From positions 1,575 to 65,574 of the forward strand of contig CAZJUB010000010.1 in assembly GCA_964549075.1 (NCBI GenBank): DNA of 64,000 nt, read 5' to 3'. Below are positions 1-8,940 of this stretch, piece after piece. How positions within the stretch are numbered: the first letter of the stretch is position 1; every line of letters starts with the position of its first letter. The notes beneath the pieces were generated by a model that was given only the letters and a program-made list of their open reading frames with translations, was not told the origin of the DNA and made no database searches. Both the position numbers and the translations under genes were made by a program. Origin of the DNA: an uncultured archaeon. GTDB lineage: Archaea; Asgardarchaeota; Heimdallarchaeia; Heimdallarchaeales; Heimdallarchaeaceae.

Positions 1-94
1 TTAATGCAAGAAATACAAAAAGCATAGCTAGACCTACTACTATTGAACCTAAGAAATCAAGTAATATTATCTTTGATAAATCTACTCTGTTCAT
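1..94 (-). CDS. 5' end of a membrane protein gene running off the window edge (partial)
   Basis: The reverse strand has ATG at 94-92 followed by MNRVDLSKIILLDFLGSIVVGLAMLFVFLAL, open to position 1. The sequence is a hydrophobic helix. It is absent from the ORF track because no stop lies in the window. Confidence 0.25.
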   Translation of the reverse strand, partial: MNRVDLSKIILLDFLGSIVVGLAMLFVFLAL

Positions 95-241
95 AGCTAG
101 ACAACTATTATGCGATTTCTCTAATTTACTTTATTATTCAACAAAAAAAAAGAGCAGTAATTTCCTGTATTCGTGTAGAGAAAAAAGAACACTTTAAAAG
201 CAGAAAAAAAGGAAATTTAGGTATTATTTGCTCCAATAACT

Positions 242-1702
242 TTAATCATCATCAAGATCAATTGTTTTTTGATGTAAAACATGTCTTTCCCAATCAAGAG
301 TTATATGTCCATCAATATGCTTCGTGAAAGGAACATCCATTCTCCCATAAGGTGTAGGTGCATAGAATTCCATTACTTCAGGATCATTATTCTTAGGAAT
401 CAAAGGAATAGTTATTTTATCTACCCAATTTTCATCTAATATGTAGAGTAATCCATTTCTATTTTGAACTTGAACAGTAATTGTCTTTTTATAGGTTTCA
501 TATCTTCCAGCGAGTGAACGTAAGTGTTTTCTTCTCTTAAAGAAAGGCATTTCCTCATCGGGGTTTTTCCCAAATATCAAAGCAAAAGCTACAAACATTA
601 GATGCAAAGGTATCCAATTGACATTTTGAAGTAAGGCAAAAGTCAGTTTGAGTTCAGGGATAAAACCTACCATACCACCAGAAACACCAGAATTTCCTCC
701 ATGAGTAATAATTCTCTGTCCAAAGAAATCATGATAGATCTTCCATCCATACCCGTAAGTAGCTGTTAAGTCTGGATAATAATAGAAGTATTTTGCTTGA
801 ATGTTTTGATTATGAGGTTTCCACATTTCTTGTATAAGTTCTTCTCCAAGTATTCTAACTCCTTTGTATTCTCCACCATTAAGGTTACATTGCAGATAAT
901 TTGTCATCTCTCTAACACTTGAGATAATACCTCCTGCTCCAGCAATAAAGGGACCAGAAAGCAAATCTTTTGCATCTCTGAAAATAACGTCTTTATTTAA
1001 ACCATAATCGAATCCTCTTGAAACATCATTATCTTCTTCAGCTGTTTTGTTAGAAAAAGTACTTCTATTCATATTTAGGGGAGATAGAATATTCTTCTCA
1101 ATATATTCTTCATACTTAATACTACTTACTTTTTCAATAATTTGTCCTAATAAAACAAAACCTGCATTCCAGTAGTAATATTTTGTACCAGGGGGGCTTA
1201 ATATTTCTGATTTTGCATCATTTATATGGAAATAAAAATCATCCCAAGTTCCCATTGGAAATTCAGGAGGAGTTGTTTTTACCAACTTTTGATTTTTTTG
1301 TGAAAAATAAAATGTGTTTAAGGCTGGAACTCCTGACGAGTGACTCATAAGATGTTTGATTAGTATAGGATTATCTTCGAAACCTAATTCAAAAGGAATA
1401 TATTCTGAAACAGGATCATTAATATCCAATTTTCCTTGTTCATGAAGCTGCAAGATACCTAAGCATGTAAAAGATTTAGTTATTGAAGAGATACCATAAA
1501 GAGTATCAGGTGTTGTTGGTTTTACATTCTTACCGCTTTCTCTTAAGCCAAATGACCTTTCATATATGATATTATCATCTTGTGTTATGATAACTGAAAT
1601 TCCTGGAACTTTTAGATCTCGCATAACTTTTACAATTTCTCTTTCAAATCTATTTTTGAAATTTTCCAACTTAAATTCAGGAATACTCATTTTATTCATC
1701 AA
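242..1702 (-). CDS. Beta-lactamase-fold serine hydrolase (class C beta-lactamase / D-aminopeptidase-like), cytoplasmic
   Basis: SxxK motif S-I-T-K in YGISSITKSF, Y-x-N in YYWNAG, and an H/K-T/S-G-like THGG. A beta-rich C-terminal extension of about 110 aa is present. There is no signal peptide. Confidence 0.8.
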   Translation of the reverse strand: MMNKMSIPEFKLENFKNRFEREIVKVMRDLKVPGISVIITQDDNIIYERSFGLRESGKNVKPTTPDTLYGISSITKSFTCLGILQLHEQGKLDINDPVSEYIPFELGFEDNPILIKHLMSHSSGVPALNTFYFSQKNQKLVKTTPPEFPMGTWDDFYFHINDAKSEILSPPGTKYYYWNAGFVLLGQIIEKVSSIKYEEYIEKNILSPLNMNRSTFSNKTAEEDNDVSRGFDYGLNKDVIFRDAKDLLSGPFIAGAGGIISSVREMTNYLQCNLNGGEYKGVRILGEELIQEMWKPHNQNIQAKYFYYYPDLTATYGYGWKIYHDFFGQRIITHGGNSGVSGGMVGFIPELKLTFALLQNVNWIPLHLMFVAFALIFGKNPDEEMPFFKRRKHLRSLAGRYETYKKTITVQVQNRNGLLYILDENWVDKITIPLIPKNNDPEVMEFYAPTPYGRMDVPFTKHIDGHITLDWERHVLHQKTIDLDDD

Positions 1703-1760
1703 CCCAATAACATATATTATGTTTAGTTTTTAATGTTTTTGCTAAACATATACTTTTTTT

Positions 1761-1782
1761 CCCGAAATACTTAAATATTTCC
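1761..1782 (+). promoter_or_regulatory. BRE/TATA-like promoter element upstream of the substrate-binding protein gene
   Basis: cccgaaatacttaaatatttcc contains CGAAA (BRE-like) plus a TTAAATA TATA-like box and the inverted repeat GAAATA-n6-TATTTC. A near-identical element recurs at 3707-3730. Confidence 0.45.
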
Positions 1783-1850
1783 GAGGTTTGATTATCATAG
1801 TCTTTGGTCAAGTATCAAAGGCAAGGAAAAAAATAAAGGATTGATAAAAT

Positions 1851-3599
1851 TTGAATAAAAAATTATTAATCGTTACAGCTGTTTTTTGTGCTGTTATTAT
1901 GTCTACATCTCCAATTATGTCAGTTGTAGCGCAAGACTACTTTGTTGGCGGAACTGTGACAGTTGCTAGTGGTACAGATCCATTAACACTTAATCCGTTA
2001 ACATATGGTTCAATCTATGAAGGATATATTATTGGATTTGTATATGACTCTCTAGTCTACCTTGATACAGACAACGAACCAGTACCTATTTTAGCTGCAT
2101 CTTGGGAACATAGTGTAGATAACACTGTTTGGAACTTCACCATCAGATCTGATGCTGTTTGGCACGACGGTATTCCATTAACAGTAGATGATATTGAATA
2201 CACATGGAATCTTAAATTAGCTGATGCTGGTATTCCACGTAGAAGCTGGTTGTTCGATGATTTAATCAGTATTACTAAATTCCCAGCAGAGGATAAGATA
2301 CAAGCAGAATTTGATTTTGAACCAAAAGATGCTGATATACTTCTGGATTTTGCAACTGAAACAATCTTACCTAAACACATTTGGGAAGATGTTGCTGACA
2401 TCTATTCATTCAATAATGAAGCACCAATTGGTAGTGGTCCATTCGTATTTGAAGAATGGGAAACTGGACAATATATCAAACTGACCAGAAATCCAAATTA
2501 CTACCTTGATGGTCCATGGATTGAAGAATTGATAGTTCAACTAATACCTTCTACTGAATCTCAGTACTATGCTTTAAGTACTGGAGATATAGAGATGATG
2601 GGCGGTCCACCACCAGAATTAGAAGCTTTAGCAGAAGTTGATCCAAATATTGCAATACATCATTATCTAGATGATTATGTCATGTACTTAGGTATGAATC
2701 AACGAAGATATCCAAATAACGTAGTAGAATTCAGACAAGCTGTCTTAACTGCTATTAACAGGTCAGAAATTGTTGAAATTGCTCGTTACGGACGCGGTAT
2801 GGAAGCTCCTGCTTCTATGAGCTTACCATATGGACCATATTATAATCCGGACATTCCAACATATGATTATGATCCAGCTGCTGCTAATGCAATGCTAGAT
2901 AGTCTAGGTTGGGTTGATACCGACATGGATGACGTAAGAGAGACAGATAATGGAACAGTACTTGAATTTGATCTGCTAGTTTCAGCAGAAGCTCAAGAAT
3001 CTGTTGATTCTGCAAAACTAATCCAAAATTATATGGCTGCTATTGGTGTAGATGTCACTCTTGTACCGATGATCTTCGATTTAATATGGACTCTCGTTGG
3101 TGGTCCTGGTGGAACATATCCAGACAAATATGACTTTGATTGGGCATTTTTAGGTTGGGTCGGCTTTTGGTCGGACTTCTATCCAAATTGGGCCCATTGG
3201 ATGTTCAATGCTGATGATTGGTGGGGATCTGATGAAGTTAACATCCCTGGTTGGTCAGGAACCGCAAGAGATGAAGTAACTCAACTTACTGAAGACATTC
3301 TGTATTCAGTTAATGAAACGGAAATCAAGGAGAAACTCGATGAAGTACAATTGATAGTTGCTACAGATCTACCATATATACCAATTAATATTCTTGGTGG
3401 TACAGCTCTATATAGAACTGATAAATTCACAGGATATATCACAGGTCCAAGTACAGGTCCAGATAATTGGCAAACATGGTTGAATCTCCATCTGATTGAG
3501 CCAGAAGAAACACAAGGATCTCCTGCTTTTACAGTAATAATAGCAGTTATCACTGTATTGTCAGCTGTCGGAGCCAAAAAATTACGAAAACACAAATAA
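1851..3599 (+). CDS. ABC transporter substrate-binding protein, family 5 (peptide/nickel, OppA/DppA-like), C-terminally membrane anchored
   Basis: N-terminal signal/TM segment. Family-5 SBP-like blocks are present (WHDGIPLTVDDIEYTW, GSGPFVFEEWETGQYIKLTRNPNYY). It ends in a C-terminal hydrophobic helix plus the basic tail KKLRKHK. It lies upstream of two permeases and two ATPases. Confidence 0.85.
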   Translation: MNKKLLIVTAVFCAVIMSTSPIMSVVAQDYFVGGTVTVASGTDPLTLNPLTYGSIYEGYIIGFVYDSLVYLDTDNEPVPILAASWEHSVDNTVWNFTIRSDAVWHDGIPLTVDDIEYTWNLKLADAGIPRRSWLFDDLISITKFPAEDKIQAEFDFEPKDADILLDFATETILPKHIWEDVADIYSFNNEAPIGSGPFVFEEWETGQYIKLTRNPNYYLDGPWIEELIVQLIPSTESQYYALSTGDIEMMGGPPPELEALAEVDPNIAIHHYLDDYVMYLGMNQRRYPNNVVEFRQAVLTAINRSEIVEIARYGRGMEAPASMSLPYGPYYNPDIPTYDYDPAAANAMLDSLGWVDTDMDDVRETDNGTVLEFDLLVSAEAQESVDSAKLIQNYMAAIGVDVTLVPMIFDLIWTLVGGPGGTYPDKYDFDWAFLGWVGFWSDFYPNWAHWMFNADDWWGSDEVNIPGWSGTARDEVTQLTEDILYSVNETEIKEKLDEVQLIVATDLPYIPINILGGTALYRTDKFTGYITGPSTGPDNWQTWLNLHLIEPEETQGSPAFTVIIAVITVLSAVGAKKLRKHK

Positions 3600-3610
3600 T
3601 AAATATAGAA

Positions 3611-3650
3611 CTAAGGGTTTTACCTTAGATTCTTTCTATTTTTCTTTTTA
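3611..3650 (+). terminator. Hairpin plus T-rich tract after the SBP gene
   Basis: ctaagg-gtttta-ccttag stem-loop followed by attctttctatttttcttttt. Confidence 0.45.
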
Positions 3651-3706
3651 AAAACAATTAAGATTAATGTTTAATTATAAAACGCTTTTCTAAACATTAA
3701 GTATAT

Positions 3707-3730
3707 CCCGAAATATTTAAAAATATTTCA
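3707..3730 (+). promoter_or_regulatory. Second copy of the BRE/TATA-like element, upstream of permease 1
   Basis: cccgaaatatttaaaaatatttca. It is also preceded by ctaaacat, as in the 1745-1782 copy. Confidence 0.45.
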
Positions 3731-3763
3731 AATATAGAAAAAATAACTATTGGAGAGTTTATA

Positions 3764-5320
3764 ATGTATTTACGAGAAGGTGAGACACCGAAAGGGTTCT
3801 TTAATCAACCAAAAAATTACTTGTACTTTATTGGAGTAGGATTTTTACCTTTACTTTTAACAATTGGTGCAGTTATTGCTGGCGCTATTGCATCACTAGC
3901 AACACCTAGTGAAATTTCTTCATTTTTTGAATTGGATGTTCTAAGATATTTTGGTCAAACGAATCTTCGATTTCGAGATATGATTAAAAATTTTGTAATA
4001 AAAGATGTAATAGTCTATGGAGGGACAGCATCATTACCAGTATGGATGGCACTTTGTTGTGCAGTTGCAACGATAGTATTTTCTTCTATTTATATAATAG
4101 TGCTTAAGAAAGACAAAATGTTAGCAAATCGTAGATTACTCAAAGTTGCGTCTGGTATGTTTTGGCTTCTTAATATTATCTTGATTTTAGGCGAGTTGCT
4201 CAAAATTTCCATACCAGATTATAAAACTACTGGAAATCCTGATTATCTTGTAAAAACGATATTAGAAGTCATCTGTGTAGCTTCAATAGGACTTCTTTTC
4301 TGGGTATATTATATCTGGAGACATATTAACTGGAAGATAGCGAGATACATTGTTAAGAAATTACTATTTGCATTTGTAGCTTATTTCGTAGCAATAGTTC
4401 TAGTGTTTATCATTTATAGAGTCATGCCTGGTGATCCAACATTTATTTTTGCTACGCAGAGAGATGTTGATCCAGGTGTAACGCAAGCGTTGATTGAAAG
4501 GTGGGGATTAAATCTACCATTATGGAACCAATTTTGGATTTATGTTGGGAATATCTTCCATGGAGATTTAGGTTATTCTTACCTTCATATGAAATATGTT
4601 AATTTGATAATTGCTGATTATGTCCCATGGTCACTACTTCTTCTTGGAACAGCTTTTGTACTTAACTCCGTAATTGGTATAATTCTCGGAGCAATTGTAG
4701 CTTGGAGAAGAGGTTCAAAATTAGATTCAGCTTTTGTGTTAACTTATAATGTCTATAATGCTATTCCACTGTTCTTTGTAGGAATGATATTTATCGCAGT
4801 TTTTGGATATATGGCTCAAGATAGAGGATGGTTAATATACTTTCCAATATTCGGTTCTTACTCAGCTAAAGGATCAGCGGTAGGTTTGATGCACGTATTA
4901 GATGTTCTATGGCACATGTTTTTACCATTATTGACATTAATGTTATATGGTGTTTTAGGGTGGTCTTGGTTTATGAGAGGGAATTTAATTAATGTAAAAA
5001 CAGAAGATTACATCCAGACAGCTAAAGCGAAAGGATTAAATGATAACCAAGTTCTTTTCAAACATGGTTTTAGAAATGCTTCTTTACCTGTTATTACGTC
5101 AATTGGTATGAGTTTCGGAGGATTAATAGGAGGAGCTGTTCTAGTAGAGACTGTTTTTGGGTACAAAGGAATGGGGACACTCATTTTTAACGCGATATTA
5201 AACAAAGATTACCAACTATTAATGGGTACTTTCATAATTATTGCAGGAATTACACTTTTAGGTCTTCTTATTGCAGAAATAACATACGGATTTGTTGACC
5301 CAAGGATTAAAACAGATTAG
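3764..5320 (+). CDS. ABC transporter permease (OppB/DppB-like) with an N-terminal polytopic extension of about 190 aa
   Basis: The canonical core starts near IARYIVKKLLFAFVAY..RVMPGDP. The EAA-type loop is TAKAKGLNDNQVLFKHGFRNASLPVIT. The N-terminal part is several extra hydrophobic helices. Confidence 0.85.
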   Translation: MYLREGETPKGFFNQPKNYLYFIGVGFLPLLLTIGAVIAGAIASLATPSEISSFFELDVLRYFGQTNLRFRDMIKNFVIKDVIVYGGTASLPVWMALCCAVATIVFSSIYIIVLKKDKMLANRRLLKVASGMFWLLNIILILGELLKISIPDYKTTGNPDYLVKTILEVICVASIGLLFWVYYIWRHINWKIARYIVKKLLFAFVAYFVAIVLVFIIYRVMPGDPTFIFATQRDVDPGVTQALIERWGLNLPLWNQFWIYVGNIFHGDLGYSYLHMKYVNLIIADYVPWSLLLLGTAFVLNSVIGIILGAIVAWRRGSKLDSAFVLTYNVYNAIPLFFVGMIFIAVFGYMAQDRGWLIYFPIFGSYSAKGSAVGLMHVLDVLWHMFLPLLTLMLYGVLGWSWFMRGNLINVKTEDYIQTAKAKGLNDNQVLFKHGFRNASLPVITSIGMSFGGLIGGAVLVETVFGYKGMGTLIFNAILNKDYQLLMGTFIIIAGITLLGLLIAEITYGFVDPRIKTD

Positions 5321-5328
5321 GTGACAAA

Positions 5329-7815
5329 ATGCAGACAAAAGAAACAAAAAGAATTAGAAACATACTGATATATTGGGTACTATCGTCAGTTCTATTTATA
5401 ATAGACGCAGCCTTAAAAGCACTTCCAGCTTATAATAGTCCAACAAAAAATAGATTAATACCTCATCTTCAAGGAGTTATAGAGTTACCAATTTTAGTAA
5501 ATCAAAATTACCTTATTTGGGGAATTGTAAATTTTGTAGGTTTAGCTTCAATTATTCTTTTGATAATAATTATCTTAAGACCAGAGAAAAGTAAGGATGT
5601 TTTCTTTATAGGTTTGGTACCATTAATTATTTCAATAATTGCTCTAAGTTATGGTATAGCATCATTTTGGGGTGTTGTTGCACTTATCTTCAATTTTATG
5701 ATAGCTTGGAATTGTTTGAGTTTGACAGGAAGAATCAAGCAATTTACTAGTTATATCAATAGAACGATTTTCAAAAATAAAAAAATTGTAACCGGAATAA
5801 TATGGACTATCTCCACAGCTTCATTAATCCTCGATGCTGTTCTACGAGCATTTCCTGAAAGTCAAACAGAAGGTGTTTATCAAATTGTAAGAGGAGTAAT
5901 AGAATGTATCGGAGCAGGATTTGTTTTACTTACAATTTTATTAATTAACAAAAAGGTACCTAATAAAATAAAAATGTATGTTGGTTTGGGTCCACTTGCG
6001 GCTACTTTTCTTGGATTTCTGATAGGTTATCCAATTTCTATGACTTCAATATGGATGTGGATTTCTATTGTGTTCAGTGTATTAACAATGGCTCAATTTG
6101 TCAAGTTATATGGAAAAATCAAAGACATTCCAACATTCAATCGAAAAATGAATGGGATATTTTGGCTTTTCGCAGCAATTATGGGATTAATTAATGCAAT
6201 TAATATTGCTTTCCCACTCTATAACTTACATACTAAAACTGTAGATTTAGGATGGGGAATCATTGAAACACTACTAGCAGTTTCAATACTAATTCCGTTA
6301 CCGATTTACATTTACGATTCAATGATTACAGAGGGTAAAAGAACTAACATTATGAAAAAGATGATTAATGCTATTTCCATAAGATTCCAAAATACAAAAA
6401 TCAAAGTTTTGTTTTCAATATTTCTAGTCCTTACAACAGGAGTTGCTCTTGGATGGGACTTAGCACGAGATTATCTTTACTACAGGTGGTCTCAATTTTC
6501 GTATTATGAACTATACAGCAATTATGTTATACCTATAGTGTTTAATGGATTAAGTGCTTTCATAATATTAATTCTGTTTTATAGATTATTAATAAAAGAT
6601 AAAAGTACTAAAATTGACAAGATTACTGCTACTCTACCTTTAGCTCTTTCAATTGTTAATCTCTTTCTATATACTAATTTAAAGCCTCTATCTCTATATA
6701 TTTCGTGGGTACCAGTTTTCTTAGTAAGTTTATTCATCTTTATTTTTAGTTTAAGAGGTCAAGAATCTAGGACCAGCCGTTGGGTAATGAGGATAACAGG
6801 TATAGTACCTGCAATTTTAGCTATAACTAGCTTTATCTTTTCCTTAGTAGCAGAAGGGACAGATATTTGGTCGTGGTTATCACTTATTTCTGGTATTTTT
6901 GCGACAATTTTTGCTATTCTTGTTACAGGAAATGCTAATAATCAAGAAAGAAGAGTTATCAAGTTTGGAAAGACATGGAATGTTTTCAAAAAGAATTGGA
7001 TGGGTATTACAGGTCTTATCCTTTTAACAGTGATAGTTATTTTAGCTATAGGAGGATCAAGATTAACTAAATGGGATCCTGATAAATATTATGTACAAGA
7101 TCGTCTTCAAGCCCCATCTACTACTCACATCCTAGGTACGAACCGTTATGGTCAAGACGTATTCACTGTATTACTAGATAGTCTTGGTATCTCACTTCTT
7201 ATTGGTATTATTGCAGGTAGTCTAACTGTGATAGTAGGAACTACGATAGGTGTTGCGAGTGCATACATTGGGGGTTGGGTTGATAACATAATTATGCGTA
7301 TAACTGATGTTATTTTAGTGATGCCAGCACTCCCATTGATGTTAGTGTTAGCTTCTTTACCATTTCTATTTGGTAAAGTACATTGGTCTGTAATAGCAGT
7401 GGTTTATATTGTGGTATTCTGGCCAGTATCTGCTAGACTAATTAGAGGTCAAGCTCTATCAGTTAAAGAAAGAGCATTTGTTATAAGTGCTAAATCTTCA
7501 GGAGCAGGATCAGGTTATATAATATTCAGGCACATTTTACCTAATGTATTTCCATTAATGCTTACTATGATTATAACTTCGATGAGACAAGCAATATTAT
7601 ATGAATCATTCTTATCCTATTTAGGTCTTGGAGATCCATTAAATTGGACTCTTGGTCAGATGCTTTATATTGCTCAAAATCAAGCAGCTTTTGCATCTGG
7701 AGCTTGGTGGATGTTCTTCCCTCCAGGTATAGCAATAGGTTTGATAACATTGAGTTTTGCATTTATTGGAATGGCATTGGATGAAATTGTAAATCCACGT
7801 TTGAGGAAAAGGTGA
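5329..7815 (+). CDS. ABC transporter permease (OppC/DppC-like) with an N-terminal polytopic extension of about 550 aa
   Basis: The canonical core starts near FKKNWMGITGLILL..HILGTNRYGQDVF. The EAA-type loop is SAKSSGAGSGYIIFRHILPNVFPL. The preceding ~550 aa are repeated multi-helix modules. Confidence 0.85.
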   Translation: MQTKETKRIRNILIYWVLSSVLFIIDAALKALPAYNSPTKNRLIPHLQGVIELPILVNQNYLIWGIVNFVGLASIILLIIIILRPEKSKDVFFIGLVPLIISIIALSYGIASFWGVVALIFNFMIAWNCLSLTGRIKQFTSYINRTIFKNKKIVTGIIWTISTASLILDAVLRAFPESQTEGVYQIVRGVIECIGAGFVLLTILLINKKVPNKIKMYVGLGPLAATFLGFLIGYPISMTSIWMWISIVFSVLTMAQFVKLYGKIKDIPTFNRKMNGIFWLFAAIMGLINAINIAFPLYNLHTKTVDLGWGIIETLLAVSILIPLPIYIYDSMITEGKRTNIMKKMINAISIRFQNTKIKVLFSIFLVLTTGVALGWDLARDYLYYRWSQFSYYELYSNYVIPIVFNGLSAFIILILFYRLLIKDKSTKIDKITATLPLALSIVNLFLYTNLKPLSLYISWVPVFLVSLFIFIFSLRGQESRTSRWVMRITGIVPAILAITSFIFSLVAEGTDIWSWLSLISGIFATIFAILVTGNANNQERRVIKFGKTWNVFKKNWMGITGLILLTVIVILAIGGSRLTKWDPDKYYVQDRLQAPSTTHILGTNRYGQDVFTVLLDSLGISLLIGIIAGSLTVIVGTTIGVASAYIGGWVDNIIMRITDVILVMPALPLMLVLASLPFLFGKVHWSVIAVVYIVVFWPVSARLIRGQALSVKERAFVISAKSSGAGSGYIIFRHILPNVFPLMLTMIITSMRQAILYESFLSYLGLGDPLNWTLGQMLYIAQNQAAFASGAWWMFFPPGIAIGLITLSFAFIGMALDEIVNPRLRKR

Positions 7816-7819
7816 TAAA

Positions 7820-8929
7820 ATGGAACTATTAGACGTAAAGAATCTGAAAACATACTTCTATACTCAACAAGGTTCAGTAAAAGCTGTTGATGATATTAGT
7901 TTTCAATTGCAAAAAGGTGAAGTACTTGGTCTAGCTGGTGAATCTGGTTGTGGAAAAACAACCACTTGTCTTTCTATCATGCGTATGATAGAATCTCCTG
8001 GCAGGATCTTATCTGGAGAAATAAATTATGAATACACTGATTCTGTTATAAAATCCTTTGATGGAGCTTATGATAGATATCTGTATAACATAGTAAAACC
8101 TGCTAGAGAACATAAAAAGGAATCTACTATATTTGATGAAGCTTTTATTGATAACATTCTCATAAAACGAGGAATAAAAGACAGATCCAATAATTTGTTA
8201 GATTTAACCGAAGCAGAAATGAGGAGAATTAGAGGTAAACACATTGCTATGGTATTCCAAGGAGCTATGAATGCATTAAATCCTGTTCATAGAGTAGGAA
8301 ATCAGATAAAAGAAGCTATTACTGTCCATGATCCGGATATTGAATACCGAGAACTTTGGGAAAGAGTGTATAAAATTCTTGAAACAGTTGGAATAGATCC
8401 TGAAAGAGCACGAGACTATCCTCATCAATTGAGTGGAGGGATGAAACAGAGAGCATTGATAGCAATGGCACTTGTAAATAATCCTCAAATTATCATAGCA
8501 GATGAACCTGTAACAGCACTAGATGTAATAGTTCAAGCACAAGTTCTTAAAGCTACAAAAGAGTTACAGAGTCAATTTAATCTTTCTATGATAATGATCA
8601 CTCATGATCTATCTGTAATTGCGGAAGTTTGTGAAACACTTGCTATAATGTATGCGGGGAAGATGGTAGAATATGGAAAATTGAGAGATGTATACAAAGA
8701 ACCTTTACATCCTTATACAGAAGCATTGATTAGTGCATTTCCAAAACTCACGGGTCCAAAAACAGAATTATATGACATAGGAGGACGTCCTCCTGACTTA
8801 AGAAATCCACCATCAGGATGTCGTTTTCATCCGAGATGCCCCAAAGCTATGCCTATTTGCAGTAAAGAAGAACCTAAAATCACAAAAATTAGAGATGGTT
8901 ATGTTGTGTGTCACTTATATCAGGATTAG
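7820..8929 (+). CDS. ABC transporter ATP-binding protein (OppD/DppD-like)
   Basis: Walker A GESGCGKT, signature LSGGMKQR, Walker B IIIADEP, and the C-terminal oligopeptide-transporter motif CRFHPRCP. There is extra sequence between Walker A and the Q-loop. Confidence 0.9.
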   Translation: MELLDVKNLKTYFYTQQGSVKAVDDISFQLQKGEVLGLAGESGCGKTTTCLSIMRMIESPGRILSGEINYEYTDSVIKSFDGAYDRYLYNIVKPAREHKKESTIFDEAFIDNILIKRGIKDRSNNLLDLTEAEMRRIRGKHIAMVFQGAMNALNPVHRVGNQIKEAITVHDPDIEYRELWERVYKILETVGIDPERARDYPHQLSGGMKQRALIAMALVNNPQIIIADEPVTALDVIVQAQVLKATKELQSQFNLSMIMITHDLSVIAEVCETLAIMYAGKMVEYGKLRDVYKEPLHPYTEALISAFPKLTGPKTELYDIGGRPPDLRNPPSGCRFHPRCPKAMPICSKEEPKITKIRDGYVVCHLYQD

Positions 8930-8940
8930 GAGAGTAAAAA

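Noticed and set aside
2057-3595. Minus-strand ORFs 2057-2401 and 3281-3595 inside the SBP gene, and similar short antisense or nested ORFs elsewhere
   Set aside because: The other examples are 5008-5205, 7571-7762, 8276-8488, 11810-11992, 12815-13006, 13696-13893, 14161-14385, 16840-17268, 20840-21125, 26484-26726, 29158-29418, 39614-39835, 42047-42280, 44187-44751, 45081-45596, 48825-49363, 49687-49914 and 51838-52032. All are fully embedded in longer ORFs that have clear family motifs. In an AT-rich genome, stop-free antisense frames of this size are expected by chance.
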